DNA of 64,000 nucleotides from an uncultured delta proteobacterium (GCA_963745835.1 CAVUZH010000019.1:32001-96000); one strand, 5' to 3'; shown: positions 1 through 10,568, numbered from the stretch's first letter. Numbers and translations are program-made. The notes: generated from the letters alone by a model not told the origin.

Positions 1-889
1 CCTGCCCGAGCTCCACGCCCTCGTAAAGTTGCTGGGCCAATTGCATGGTTCGTTTGGGCTGAAAACCCAACTTTCGCGCCGCCTCTTGTTGCAGTTTGCT
101 GGTGACAAACGGCGGCGTCGGATAGCGCCGTCGCTCCTTCTTCTCGACTTCGCCGATAATCCATGACGCGCCGTCAAGAGACTTGACGATCTCCTGCACC
201 ATGGGCTCGTTCTCGAGTCGGAATTTCTTGTTGTCTACCTTGTTCCCTCGCCATTGAACGAGCCGGGCTTTGAACGACGGCGGCAGACGTCCTTCGAGAA
301 GGGCTGTCAAAGACCAGTACTCTTGCGCGGTAAACGCCCGTATCTCCTTTTCGCGCTCGCAAACCAACCGCACCGCCACCGACTGTACGCGCCCCGCACT
401 GAGGCCGCGCCTGACTTTGTTCCAAAGCAGCGGGCTCAGTTGATAACCGACCAGACGGTCGAGCACCCGTCGCGCGATTTGCGCGTCGAACTTGTTGCGA
501 TCCAATTCGAGCGGATTCGCGATCGCCTCCTGGACCGCCTTCTTGGTGATTTCGTTGATCAAGACGCGATGAACGTTCTTGTGATTCTTGGCCACTTGAT
601 CGGCGATATGCCACGCGATTGCTTCGCCCTCTCGGTCGGGATCGGACGCAAGATAGATCTTCTCCTTGCCCTTGGCCGCTTTTTTCAAATCGTCAATGAC
701 TTTTTTCTTTGCCTGGATGACATGGAAGTCAGGCTCAAAATTTTTCTTGACGTCGACACCGAGTTTGCTCTTGGGCAGATCGACCACATGGCCTACGGAA
801 GCTTTGACTTGATAATCTCGGCCCAAATATTTTTCCAAGGTCTTGGCCTTGGCGGGAGATTCCACGATGACTAGATTTTTTGCTGGCAT
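1..889 (-). CDS. topA: DNA topoisomerase I, 5' part (runs off window start)
   Basis: Manual translation from ATG at 889 gives MPAKNLVIVESPAKAKTLEKYLGRDYQVKASVGHVVDLPKSKLGVDV...EREKEIRAF..EYWSL...PPFVTSKLQQEAARKLGFQPKRTMQLAQQLYEG. These are type IA Toprim and core motifs. Absent from the ORF track because there is no stop in the window. Confidence 0.97.
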   Translation of the reverse strand, partial: MPAKNLVIVESPAKAKTLEKYLGRDYQVKASVGHVVDLPKSKLGVDVKKNFEPDFHVIQAKKKVIDDLKKAAKGKEKIYLASDPDREGEAIAWHIADQVAKNHKNVHRVLINEITKKAVQEAIANPLELDRNKFDAQIARRVLDRLVGYQLSPLLWNKVRRGLSAGRVQSVAVRLVCEREKEIRAFTAQEYWSLTALLEGRLPPSFKARLVQWRGNKVDNKKFRLENEPMVQEIVKSLDGASWIIGEVEKKERRRYPTPPFVTSKLQQEAARKLGFQPKRTMQLAQQLYEGVELGQ

Positions 890-929
890 AACGCTCAACC
901 CATCCTTGTTGTCTAACACTATGAACAGT

Positions 930-2069
930 TTAACATTCCGCTGAATAGCGATTGCCCGGGAGTTGCTTGAGAAACCCCTGCAACTCAAGTTCCAAAAGAA
1001 TTTGCGACACTCTCGAAGCCGAGAAGCCACTGGCTTCGATCACTTCATCGATGTGCAACGAACGCTCTTGAAGCAAGTCAAAAATCTTGTGCGTTTCGGG
1101 TTGCGCATCGACCGGCAAGGTTCGCAGCGCCGCCGGTTGACGATCGCGCGCGACTAACTGCGGCGCGATCTCTTCGAGAATGTCATCGACGTTTTCAACC
1201 AGTTTGGCCCCCTGGCGAATCAGTCGATGGCCACCGCGACTGCGGCTTGAGCCCACTTCTCCCGGGACAGCAAAAACTTCTCTCCCCTGTTCCAGCGCGA
1301 TCGCAGCGGTGATTAACGAACCGCTCTTCTCAGTGGCTTCGACCACCACTACACCTGCTGAAAGACCGCTGATCAGGCGATTACGCGCCGGAAAATTGAA
1401 CGCCAGGGGCGGAGCGCCGAGCGGCAACTCGGAAATCACCGCGCCGTTCTCGCTGATCCGATGATAAAGCTTCCGATGCTCCGGCGGATAAGCTCGGTCC
1501 ACCCCCGAGCCCAGTACCGCAATGGTTCGGCCGCCAGCGTTGAGTGCTTCATCGTGAGCCACGCCGTCGATGCCCCGGGCCATACCGCTGATCACGGTAA
1601 AGCCCAGAGAAGCCAGCCCGCGACACAGATCACGAGCTACTCGCCGTCCATAGTGGCTCGCACTGCGCGTGCCAATCACGGCTACGGCCTTATCATCTTC
1701 TCGCCGAATCTCGCCCTTCACGTAGAGACAAGGAGGCGGGTCAACGATGCTGCGCAAACGAGCTGGATAGATTCCGCTGCCAAATGGGATGATTTTCACT
1801 CCCGCTTCTTCGGCGCGCTGCACCTCCTGCTCAACCTCATCCCATTGCGTGAAAGCTAGCAGCCCATCGACTGCTTTGCGGTCGATTCCTTCAATGGCAG
1901 AGAGTTCAGCGGCTGTAGCCGATAACGACTGGGTGGGATCGGCGAAGTGGCTGGCCAGCTTTTTAAAACTGATACAGCCTAACCCTTTGATCCGAGTCAG
2001 CGCAAGCCACAAAGCATGTTCACTGTGATCCGGCTTGGACAAACGACACCCCTCAAGAAAGTTACGCAT
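930..2069 (-). CDS. dprA: DNA-processing protein DprA/Smf
   Basis: AVAVIGTRSAS.YG, VISGMARGIDGVAH, FPARNRLISGLS, VVEATEKSGSLITA and C-terminal winged helix; conserved dprA-topA adjacency. Confidence 0.97.
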   Translation of the reverse strand: MRNFLEGCRLSKPDHSEHALWLALTRIKGLGCISFKKLASHFADPTQSLSATAAELSAIEGIDRKAVDGLLAFTQWDEVEQEVQRAEEAGVKIIPFGSGIYPARLRSIVDPPPCLYVKGEIRREDDKAVAVIGTRSASHYGRRVARDLCRGLASLGFTVISGMARGIDGVAHDEALNAGGRTIAVLGSGVDRAYPPEHRKLYHRISENGAVISELPLGAPPLAFNFPARNRLISGLSAGVVVVEATEKSGSLITAAIALEQGREVFAVPGEVGSSRSRGGHRLIRQGAKLVENVDDILEEIAPQLVARDRQPAALRTLPVDAQPETHKIFDLLQERSLHIDEVIEASGFSASRVSQILLELELQGFLKQLPGNRYSAEC

Positions 2070-2537
2070 GCCTGAATCACATTCGTTCCAGGTTTGTCAA
2101 CTGCCATGTAGAACGCTGGACAGCAGGATTAAAAAGGATAAGCGAAATTTCCGAGGAAGGCTAGAACTCGCTATTAGAGATCCGCGATAAGCTTCAACGG
2201 AATTCTGGTGTTGGCTAAAGCATGTTGAATTTGCGAACCTTTCTACAACATCAACAGCTTGATGCTCATAACAGAACGCACTTTGCTGCGAATGAGACAT
2301 CACAGAAGCAATCAGACACATTTCTGCACAAGTCGTATAAAGCCGACGCATCGCTGCGCTATGTGCGCAATCGGATCGCACCCTGTAAGATGATAGGAAG
2401 TATTACTGTCATTTAGCGCAAGCCGGCTCAAACGAAACTGACAACGTCGGCGTAGAAACTTCAGGCTTGCTGCAAAGTAGACTTCGTTTGGCCGCGCCGC
2501 TTGCCGATAGCCAAATGATACTTTGGCATTTCGTGAT

Positions 2538-3918
2538 TTATCTTCGTTGCTCGCGCCGCGCGCGCAGGAAGAGCCTAATCGGCGTGTGCTCCAATCCTAA
2601 GCTGTCGCGCATCTGATGAATCAAATATCTGCGGTAGCCTTCGCCGACCGCAGATGGCGTGTTCACAAATAGAGTGAAAGTCGGCGGGCGCGTGCCGGTT
2701 TGAGTACCGTAATAGAATTTTACCGGCCGTCCCTGGTTCAGCGGCGCGGGATGCGCTTTGACGATTGTCTGTAACGCTTGATTGAGAGCCGAGGTTGAAA
2801 TCTTGCGCTGATAGGCTTTGAGCAATCGGCCGGCGGTGTCAAGCATTTTTCTCACCCCAAAGCCGGTCGCAGCCGAGATAAATGCTACAGGAACATGTTC
2901 GAGGAATGACAATTGATAATAAACCTCCGCGCGATAGGCTTCGACGTCCTTGTCATCCTTAGCCGGTAAATCCCATTTGTTAATCGCCAGCAGTAGCGCC
3001 TTGCCGCGTTGGTACGCATAGGCCAAAATTTGAGCGTCCTGGTCAGTCACTCCTTCCGCTGCATCGATGACGTGAATGACAAGATCGCCTCGATCGACAA
3101 CCCGGAGCGCGCGTTGCACGCTAAACCGCTCAACCTTATCATCGATCCTGGCCTTGCGCCGCATACCGGCAGTATCGACGAGAATACAAGGCAGACCGTT
3201 TAGTTCGAAGGGCGTGTCCAGAGCATCTCGGGTGGTTCCAGGTTTTGAGTGAACGACGGAGCGCTCAAAGCCAAGCAAGCGGTTCGTAAGCGTCGACTTG
3301 CCAGCATTGGGACGGCCAATGATGGTTACGCACAGCGGCGCTTCCGGTTTTTCTTGCGCCATTTGATCGTTAGCTTCCGGCTCATCCGGAAACAGGCTGA
3401 CGATCTCACTCATAATGTCCGACACACCGATGCCGTGCTCCGCCGAGAGCGGGTACAACCGATCCAAACCCAAAGAATAAAACTCATACAGGTTGTCTTG
3501 TTTCTTGAGAGTATCGAGTTTGTTGACTCCGAAAAATACCGGCTTGTTGGCTTTGCGAAGCTGCTTGATGGCTTGTCGATCGATGCGGGTTAAGCCCGCC
3601 CTTGCCGTCAAGTAGAAAGAGAATCACGTCAGCTTCCGAGATGGCACTCCGGGTCTGTCCCTGGACCCGCTCTTCGAGACCGCCTTCAGCCTCGCTGTCC
3701 AGACCTCCGGTATCCACCAGCAGGAATTTCTTACCGGACCACTTGGCGGCTCCGTAATTGCGATCACGAGTGACGCCGGGAAGGTCGTGAACAATAGCTT
3801 TGCGCTCGCCGACCAGGCGATTGAAGAGCGTCGATTTGCCGACATTGGGCCTTCCGACAATAGCCAAGATCGGCAGTTTCCCTACGGAATCGTTCTGGCG
3901 CGGCGCCGGCTCGACCAT
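2538..3918 (-). CDS. der: Ribosome biogenesis GTPase Der/EngA (one +1 frameshift near 3585)
   Basis: GD1 ([18 protein letters not shown]) lies in ORF 3484-3918. NKLD, GD2 ([16 protein letters not shown]) and the KH-like tail lie in ORF 2538-3611. Total span is 3n+1. Confidence 0.93.
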
Positions 3919-3919
3919 C

Positions 3920-4843
3920 TTACAAACCCATCTCCGTTAAAGCGTAGGGATTTTGCGTCCAACCCTGATCGACCCGGATGAACAACTCCAAGTATATTTT
4001 GCAACCCAGCAAATTTTCCAGCTCTTCGCGGGCGCGCTGGCCGATCTCTTTCAGCATCGCGCCTCTTTTGCCAATTAGAATCGGCTTGTGCGACTCGCGC
4101 TCGGTGTGGATTGTCGCTTGAATCACAATCAGATTCTTCTCCTCTTTTTCGGTGAATTCATCGATGCTCACGCCGACGCCGTAGGGGATCTCCTCGTGGG
4201 TGAGCAAGAATACTTTCTCACGGATAATCTCGGCGGCAAGAAATCGCTCGCTCTGATCGGTAAACTCTCCTTCGGGAAAAAACTTCGGTCCCTCGGGCAA
4301 ACCTTTTTCGACCAGATCCAATACCAGGGGCAGGTTTTCTCCTTTGAGGGCGCTGATGGGAACAATTTCCTTTCCGGGCAACAGTTCCGCGCAACGTTGG
4401 ATCAGCGGCAGCAGCTTCCCCTTGGAAACCAAGTCGATTTTGTTCAAAAGGATCAATACCGGACTCTTTACGCCTCGCAGAGTTTCGGCAATTCTTTCGT
4501 CTTCCGGGCCGATTCTGCTGCGCGAGTCGAGCAGCCACAGCACGCCATCGACTTCATGCAGGCTCTGCAGGGCCACCTCGACCATGCGCCGGTTCATCAG
4601 CGAGCGCGCCTGGTGTATTCCCGGGGTATCCAGAAAAACGATCTGCGAGCGCGAGCTGGTTTTAATGCCGGTGATGCGATTGCGCGTCGTCTGAGGTTTG
4701 GGCGAGACGATTGCAACTTTTTCCCCGAGTAGATTATTCAGCAACGTCGACTTGCCGACATTGGGCCGGCCGACGATCGCAATGTAGCCTGATCGAAACG
4801 GCGGTTCTTTGTCGCTCTTTTTCTTTGCGCTTCCCTTTGTCAT
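3920..4843 (-). CDS. era: GTPase Era
   Basis: [44 protein letters not shown] and KH domain [12 protein letters not shown]. Start moved to ATG 4843 (MTKGS...). Confidence 0.97.
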   Translation of the reverse strand: MTKGSAKKKSDKEPPFRSGYIAIVGRPNVGKSTLLNNLLGEKVAIVSPKPQTTRNRITGIKTSSRSQIVFLDTPGIHQARSLMNRRMVEVALQSLHEVDGVLWLLDSRSRIGPEDERIAETLRGVKSPVLILLNKIDLVSKGKLLPLIQRCAELLPGKEIVPISALKGENLPLVLDLVEKGLPEGPKFFPEGEFTDQSERFLAAEIIREKVFLLTHEEIPYGVGVSIDEFTEKEEKNLIVIQATIHTERESHKPILIGKRGAMLKEIGQRAREELENLLGCKIYLELFIRVDQGWTQNPYALTEMGL

Positions 4844-4923
4844 AACTTCCGATCTATAAACTAGATTATGGCACGGTCCAATCAACGTTCAAACTCGCCG
4901 ATCTTCAAACCAGCTCGGATATC

Positions 4924-5517
4924 GTGCCGCTTAAACTCACACCTTTGATGAAGAAGCGGCTTACGCGCCGCGCTCAGGAAATGATCGCGCGCTCTCTGCC
5001 GCACTTTCCGGAATTGAACGGAAGAACGATCACCGTCGGATATACGCGCAAGCACCTGGGAAGCGCGAGCATCATTTATCGCGGCGGCAAAATCGTGCGG
5101 CTGATCATCCGCTTTAAAGTCCGGAAATTAACTTACCAGACGATCGGGCATGAGCTCACGCATCTGGTGCAGGCACTGGTGCGCGGTGACCGCCCGCATA
5201 GGGATTCAATCGATTTGCCGAAAATACCGTACGGCGAGAAGCCGTGCGACATCTGGACACTGGCACGTCACGAGCTCTTCTGCGACGATCCACCGACCTA
5301 CATCAAAATGCCCCGAATCATGCGCGAGCATTGGTTCGACTATGCCGAACCAGTGCGCAGATTGTGCATCGCAGCCATCGAACAGCGGATCACCCAGCGG
5401 CTTTACATTCACTGGCTTGAAACAGAAGTCGGCAAGCTGATCAAGGCTGCGCCCCGGCGGCAGTCGTTTCCAGCGCAGCTTAGCTTGCCGTTTGCCGATT
5501 CGAATAATCCAGACTGA
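4924..5517 (+). CDS. Hypothetical protein with HExxH motif (putative zinc metallopeptidase-like)
   Basis: TIGHELTHLVQ followed by GEKPCD; fills the gap between era and the AKR gene. Confidence 0.6.
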   Translation: MPLKLTPLMKKRLTRRAQEMIARSLPHFPELNGRTITVGYTRKHLGSASIIYRGGKIVRLIIRFKVRKLTYQTIGHELTHLVQALVRGDRPHRDSIDLPKIPYGEKPCDIWTLARHELFCDDPPTYIKMPRIMREHWFDYAEPVRRLCIAAIEQRITQRLYIHWLETEVGKLIKAAPRRQSFPAQLSLPFADSNNPD

Positions 5518-5520
5518 TAG

Positions 5521-6462
5521 TCAATACAGCTTTATCATTGCGTCTACTTCTTTGAGCTCTTCAGCTGTTAGCTGCCAATCGCTGGCTTTTACATTGCTCA
5601 CGACTTGTTCAGCCTTGGTCGCGCCGGAGATCACGGAGCAAACAGGCGGCTGCGCCAGTAGCCATGCCTGCGCCAGCTCATTGACGCCACGCCCCCGAGC
5701 CTTGGCCCAGGCCGCTAATCGACTGACTCGATCGTAGTTAAGCTCGGTCATGAGCTCTTGCACATTTCTGGTACTCGCGCCGCGAGAGCCCGCGGGCGCC
5801 GGTTTCCCTTGCTCGTATTTGCCGGTGAGAAAGCCGCCTGCCAGCGGGTAATAAGGAACGAAGCCCACTCGATGAGCGCGGCAGTAGGGTAACACTTCTC
5901 TTTCAACATCGCGCCGTAGCAAATTGTACTCGGATTGAATAACCACAAAGGAGGACCAGCCCTTCAATTCGGCCAAAACGTTGGCGTGAGCCAACTGCCA
6001 TGACGCATAAGCCGACGCGCCAATGTAGCGCACTTTACCCATACGAATGACGTCATCCAAGGCCCGCAACGTCTCCTCGATCGGCGTCGAGGCATCCCAG
6101 CGATGGGTATAATAAAGATCGATATGGTCGGTCTGCAGCCGGCGCAAACTCGCATCAAGCGCCTGCATCATGTGGTAACGCGATGCGCCCCAAGAGTTCG
6201 GATCGGTTTTTCTCGGAAATGAAAACTTGCTGGCCAAGACCACTTGATCCATGCGCCCTTTCAGCGCATGCCCCAAGGTTTCTTCGGATCGGCCTTCGGT
6301 GTAAACGTTAGCGGTATCGAAAAAATTTACTCCAAGATCGAGGGCTTGATTGATGATGCTGTCGACATCGGCTTGGCCTACTTCCTTTGAACCGAATCGA
6401 TTGGCGCCAAGTCCAATCGCAGAAACGCGCACCCCGGCATTGCCCAGCTGACGGTACTCCAT
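5521..6462 (-). CDS. Aldo/keto reductase
   Basis: MEYRQLGNAGVRVSAIGLG, FFDTANVY, SLRRLQTDHIDLYYTH, GKVRYIGAS, PLAGGFLTGKY. Confidence 0.95.
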   Translation of the reverse strand: MEYRQLGNAGVRVSAIGLGANRFGSKEVGQADVDSIINQALDLGVNFFDTANVYTEGRSEETLGHALKGRMDQVVLASKFSFPRKTDPNSWGASRYHMMQALDASLRRLQTDHIDLYYTHRWDASTPIEETLRALDDVIRMGKVRYIGASAYASWQLAHANVLAELKGWSSFVVIQSEYNLLRRDVEREVLPYCRAHRVGFVPYYPLAGGFLTGKYEQGKPAPAGSRGASTRNVQELMTELNYDRVSRLAAWAKARGRGVNELAQAWLLAQPPVCSVISGATKAEQVVSNVKASDWQLTAEELKEVDAMIKLY

Positions 6463-6491
6463 GGAATCTCCTTCAGGTGATTGAGAGAGAA

Positions 6492-6857
6492 TTATCTGTT
6501 TCGCAAGAACTCAGAGAGAGAGACGACATTACCCCGGCGAGTAGGTCCATGAGAACGACTCCTGCCGCACTTCCAGCATTCGGTGAATTGTCCTTCGATC
6601 TCCTCAGCGCAGGCGCCACAGGTCCATGGCTTCTTGACCGATTTCAACGGCGCCATGGTTTTTTTTAAAATCGATCTAGCCCTGACAAGCTGCTCATCGT
6701 CAACCCACAGTTCGGGCCAGCAATCGATGGGCGGGAGTTCGCCCGCGGCAGTGGAAAGATCAAGATTTTTGGTAACGCACGTAATACCGTAGGTGCCCAA
6801 AACGTTTCTCAAATGGCCGATCATCAGGGGATCTTTGGCGCAGTAAACCTTCTTCAT
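6492..6857 (-). CDS. DUF2007-type putative signal-transducing protein with C-terminal zinc ribbon
   Basis: GELPPIDCWPELWV and WTCGAC...EGQFTECWKCG. Confidence 0.8.
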   Translation of the reverse strand: MKKVYCAKDPLMIGHLRNVLGTYGITCVTKNLDLSTAAGELPPIDCWPELWVDDEQLVRARSILKKTMAPLKSVKKPWTCGACAEEIEGQFTECWKCGRSRSHGPTRRGNVVSLSEFLRNR

Positions 6858-6876
6858 TGATTTTCGATTACAATGC

Positions 6877-7215
6877 TCAGCCGCGCCGCAGCACCTCTTC
6901 TCTTAACTTCAAAACTTCTCCTAGCCAAAGAGAACGCTCCAGATGATCGCCATAACTATCGCCGGTCGATGGATGAACCAACACGGTTAAGCCTTGCCGG
7001 TTAACCATCAACCAGGGAACAACTCGGGCGAATTCGTCGTTTGCAAATAGCGCCTGATACATCGCCTTCGGATGAGGTCCAACGGGCTCGTCATGCCAGC
7101 TGCCAAGCTGAACATTGAAGTTCGCCAGCCCTGCGCGTACCCGCGCCGCCGCTTCACGGCTCGCCGGATCATAGTAGATATGCGCATGATAGCCTTTAAT
7201 CTCCCGCTGGCTCAT
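6877..7215 (-). CDS. DOPA 4,5-dioxygenase family protein
   Basis: YHAHIYYD, PVGPHPKAMYQ, WLMVNRQGLTVLVHP, DH...WLG. Confidence 0.92.
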   Translation of the reverse strand: MSQREIKGYHAHIYYDPASREAAARVRAGLANFNVQLGSWHDEPVGPHPKAMYQALFANDEFARVVPWLMVNRQGLTVLVHPSTGDSYGDHLERSLWLGEVLKLREEVLRRG

Positions 7216-7613
7216 AAAATGGCTCCTTGAGGCTTCCTAGTGTTGTACCAAATCTGCTCGCCGGATTCCAAACGGTGATCGCCATGTGACTATATATACA
7301 TATACGCTTATCGTCGCGAATTCAGTAACGCTACGTTGACAGCCAGCGGGCCTTTCAGGTAACTCTCGAGCAAGCTCCGGCATAAGGTAATGAGGATGCT
7401 GGCGGAACATATCAAAATGACCCGGCAATAAGCAAAACAAACCAGGCGATCTCAACAATCACATGCTCTTTACGTCTCACTGACACCATTCCGGCCAAAG
7501 CCGGGAATAGCTTGCGCGAACCGCACCGATGAATTTTCCGCAATCTAGATTGCGGATAGTAAAGAGGCCCGTTTCATCCCAATCCCGCAACCGACAATAA
7601 CACGAGGTGCCCC

Positions 7614-8663
7614 ATGCAGTTTTCAAAAGAAGTCCAAGAGTTGAATGATCTCATGCGCGGACGCTGGGTTTCGGGATTGTGGAATCTTGATCATGCGGAA
7701 CGGCCGTCCGCCCCCAAGACCCGAGTCCAAGCGCACCTTTGGAAGTGGCACGATGTTGTCGACAGCTTGGTCCAGGCCAAGGAGAAAATCACCGTTGCCC
7801 GCGGCAGTGTCGAGCGGCGCGTCATCCGGCTCGTCAATCCCGGTCTAGCGGAAACGGAAATGACCAGCCACACCATCCTGCTTTCTTTTCAGCTCATTCA
7901 GCCCGGCGAAGTCGCGCCGGCACACCGGCACACGATGTCCGCATTTCGATTCGTCTTGCACGGCCATGGAGCTTACACCAACGTCGATGGCCAGAAAATG
8001 GTCATGGAAGATGGCGATCTGATTTTGACACCACAAGGCTCCTGGCACGAGCACGCCCATGAAGGCGATGAAAACATGATCTGGATCGACGGGCTCGACG
8101 TCCCGTTCGTTCAAGCGCTGAATCAGATTTCTTTCGATCCCTATCCTCAGGGACGATTGCCGGTTCAGGAGCGGCCCGATGCCGAAGTCTATTATGGTCT
8201 CACACGTCCGGTTGGCGAGTTGACTGAACAGAAGCCGCCGCTGCTTCATTATCACTGGCGAGATACCTACAACTCGCTGCAACAATTAGCGCGCGCAACA
8301 ACGAACCCCTACGACGGCGTGGCGCTGGAATATGTAAACCCGGCGACGGGCGGTTCGACCTTGCCGACAATGTCGTGTCAAATTCAAATGCTGCGAGCGG
8401 GTGAAAAGACGAAGACTCACCGCCACACCAGCACCAGCATCTATCATGCCTTCCGCGGCAGCGGCACTACAATCATCAATGGAGAACCGTTTCATTGGGA
8501 AACGGGAGACACGTTCGTCGTTCCTCTATGGTCATGGCATGAGCACGCTAATCGGTCAAATAAAGACGAAGCCATTCTCTTCTCGATGCATGACTCGCCG
8601 ATTCTCAAAGCGTTTGGCCTGTACAGAGAAGAGGGGAAGGAAGATTCGGCTAAGAAAATTTAG
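7614..8663 (+). CDS. Gentisate 1,2-dioxygenase-like bicupin
   Basis: ERRVIRLVNPG, QLIQPGEVAPAHRHT, GDLILTPQGSWHEH, WIDGLDVP, YVNPATGGSTLPT, HRHTSTSIY. Confidence 0.9.
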   Translation: MQFSKEVQELNDLMRGRWVSGLWNLDHAERPSAPKTRVQAHLWKWHDVVDSLVQAKEKITVARGSVERRVIRLVNPGLAETEMTSHTILLSFQLIQPGEVAPAHRHTMSAFRFVLHGHGAYTNVDGQKMVMEDGDLILTPQGSWHEHAHEGDENMIWIDGLDVPFVQALNQISFDPYPQGRLPVQERPDAEVYYGLTRPVGELTEQKPPLLHYHWRDTYNSLQQLARATTNPYDGVALEYVNPATGGSTLPTMSCQIQMLRAGEKTKTHRHTSTSIYHAFRGSGTTIINGEPFHWETGDTFVVPLWSWHEHANRSNKDEAILFSMHDSPILKAFGLYREEGKEDSAKKI

Positions 8664-8761
8664 CAGGGAGTTGATTAATGCGCAGAACGAGATGGACTTC
8701 CTTTAAGTGTCGAAGCAACTAGCTGCGCGATGTCAGCTAATCCCAAACTCGGCGGCGCTGT

Positions 8762-8812
8762 TTAGCCAGCGATCAGTTCCTCCTGGGCTTCATCCAGGAT
8801 TTCGATCTTCAA
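8762..8812 (-). pseudogene. Truncated RelE/ParE-type toxin (16 codons)
   Basis: TTG start overlaps the antitoxin TGA. MKIEILDEAQEELIAG* resembles a RelE/ParE N-terminus. Confidence 0.6.
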
Positions 8813-9026
8813 GACACCTTGTTGCGGATCTCTACTTTGGCCGTTTCCCAAAGCTCAAATCGAGCCTTTCCATCTGCAATTCGCTCGACGGCGTTCATCG
8901 AGGACCTCTTCGTGCCAAGCAGGTGATTCAATGGATTCTGCAGAACGGGCCAGGTCCTCCCAAGGTGCCTCCATCGCTGCCAGTTTCTTATGGAGGGTCA
9001 TCTCTTTTAAAGGTAGATTTTGACAT
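8809..9026 (-). pseudogene. Addiction-module antitoxin (frameshifted)
   Basis: LPLKEMTLHKKLAAMEAPWEDLARSAESIESPAWHEEVLDERR, then after a frameshift RIADGKARFELWETAKVEIRNKVS*. Confidence 0.75.
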
Positions 9027-9068
9027 GGACTAATCATCTATCAGAGCCGGACAGATTCAAATCTCCTC

Positions 9069-9126
9069 GGCTAAACGTTCAGCTCAGCTGTCGCTATCCA
9101 GTGATCGGTCTAGCAATGTGTTAGCC
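9069..9126 (-). mobile_element. Degenerate attC site
   Basis: Minus strand GGCTAAC-ACATTGCTAGACCG...GCTGAGCTGAAC-GTTTAGCC has R'', an L'-like GCTGAGC and an R'-like end; the left arm is degenerate. Confidence 0.55.
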
Positions 9127-9246
9127 GATGTACATGTCATCGTGACGGCTTGGCGCCCGCTCATAGGTGACTCAAACCCTTGGGACCTCCAGAAGAAGGC
9201 TAGCGCTTTTAGAATCCCTAAAGCAGCCGCGACTTCCATCCCGACT

Positions 9247-9357
9247 TCAGGGGCGCACAACGTCAAAGCTCAGCCGCGGCGCGCCGTGTGCGCCAACAAC
9301 AGACGCGCAGAGAAGCGCAAGGATTGTAGCCAACACAAAGCATCTTGCAGATTTCAT
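9247..9357 (-). pseudogene. Deleted cassette gene: signal peptide fused to the right arm of an attC
   Basis: RBS AAGGAGG, then MKSARCFVLATILALLCASVVGA running directly into GCGGCTGAGCTTTGACGTTGTGC (L'-R' half attC, about 9255-9285). Confidence 0.6.
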
Positions 9358-9393
9358 CGCATCCCTCCTTTTGCTTACGGTTCTACTAGACTT

Positions 9394-9462
9394 GCCTAAC
9401 GGATCATGAGCTCAGCGGCGGACGCGCGAAGCGCGGCCGTCCGCTGGAGCGAATTGTTAGCC
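9394..9462 (-). mobile_element. Canonical integron attC site (69 bp)
   Basis: Minus strand GGCTAAC AATTC GCTCCAGCGGACGG CCGCGCTTCGCGCGT CCGCCGCTGAGC TCATGATCC GTTAGGC. The bottom (+) strand folds with an extrahelical G and T. Confidence 0.92.
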
Positions 9463-9565
9463 CGCTTCCGCGAATTCGCATACTAAGTGCAACACGGCCA
9501 AGCGACCGCTGGCAGCCCTATATAGAAGGAAGACGACCTGAGAGTCGTAGACTTCAGTCCCAATG

Positions 9566-10127
<562 letters not shown>

Positions 10128-10225
10128 GACGTGCTCCTGAAGCGGGCTAACTATTAAGTATACTGCCGAGTCGTTCGGCGGTGTATTTAGTAGCTCCAAA
10201 ATTTGAGAAGAGCAAAATCCGCTGC

Positions 10226-10254
10226 AATATCTTTAATAAGCCGGGTCCTGTCAA
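10226..10254 (-). promoter_or_regulatory. Possible sigma70 promoter reading into the cassette array
   Basis: TTGACA-N17-GATATT on the minus strand. Confidence 0.4.
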
Positions 10255-10568
10255 TCTCTTCGCCCGACAAACGCTGCCCGTTGGGCGGCATATCCAGATA
10301 TCAGCCCGCGGTGTAGCACGGTACCGCTCATCGAATCTCAACACGAACTCTTAAGAATTCAGTCTGCTTCTTCCTCTCCGAACTCCTTACCGTCTCATCC
10401 ACAACAGGGAATCACGAATCTCCTGCTGATAACGGCAGGCAGGATCAAATTCCGGATCAGGTTTCATCGTTTGTAGTTCATATATCTTGAAATTGAAACA
10501 TCAATAGCGAGCAGTTCGATTACTCGTGCTTAAGTGTCAACCTGATTAATTTGGTGTTTGGCTGCGCC

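Noticed and set aside
174-874. ORFs 174-614 (-) and 254-874 (+)
   Set aside because: Alternative-frame and antisense shadows of topA
2097-2416. ORFs in the dprA-der gap
   Set aside because: No RBS, no motifs and atypical composition; no RNA structure recognised
7237-7458. 73-aa ORF between the dioxygenases
   Set aside because: No recognisable features; probably a divergent promoter region
8707-9409. Plus-strand ORFs over the cassette region
   Set aside because: Antisense to the TA remnant and attC sites
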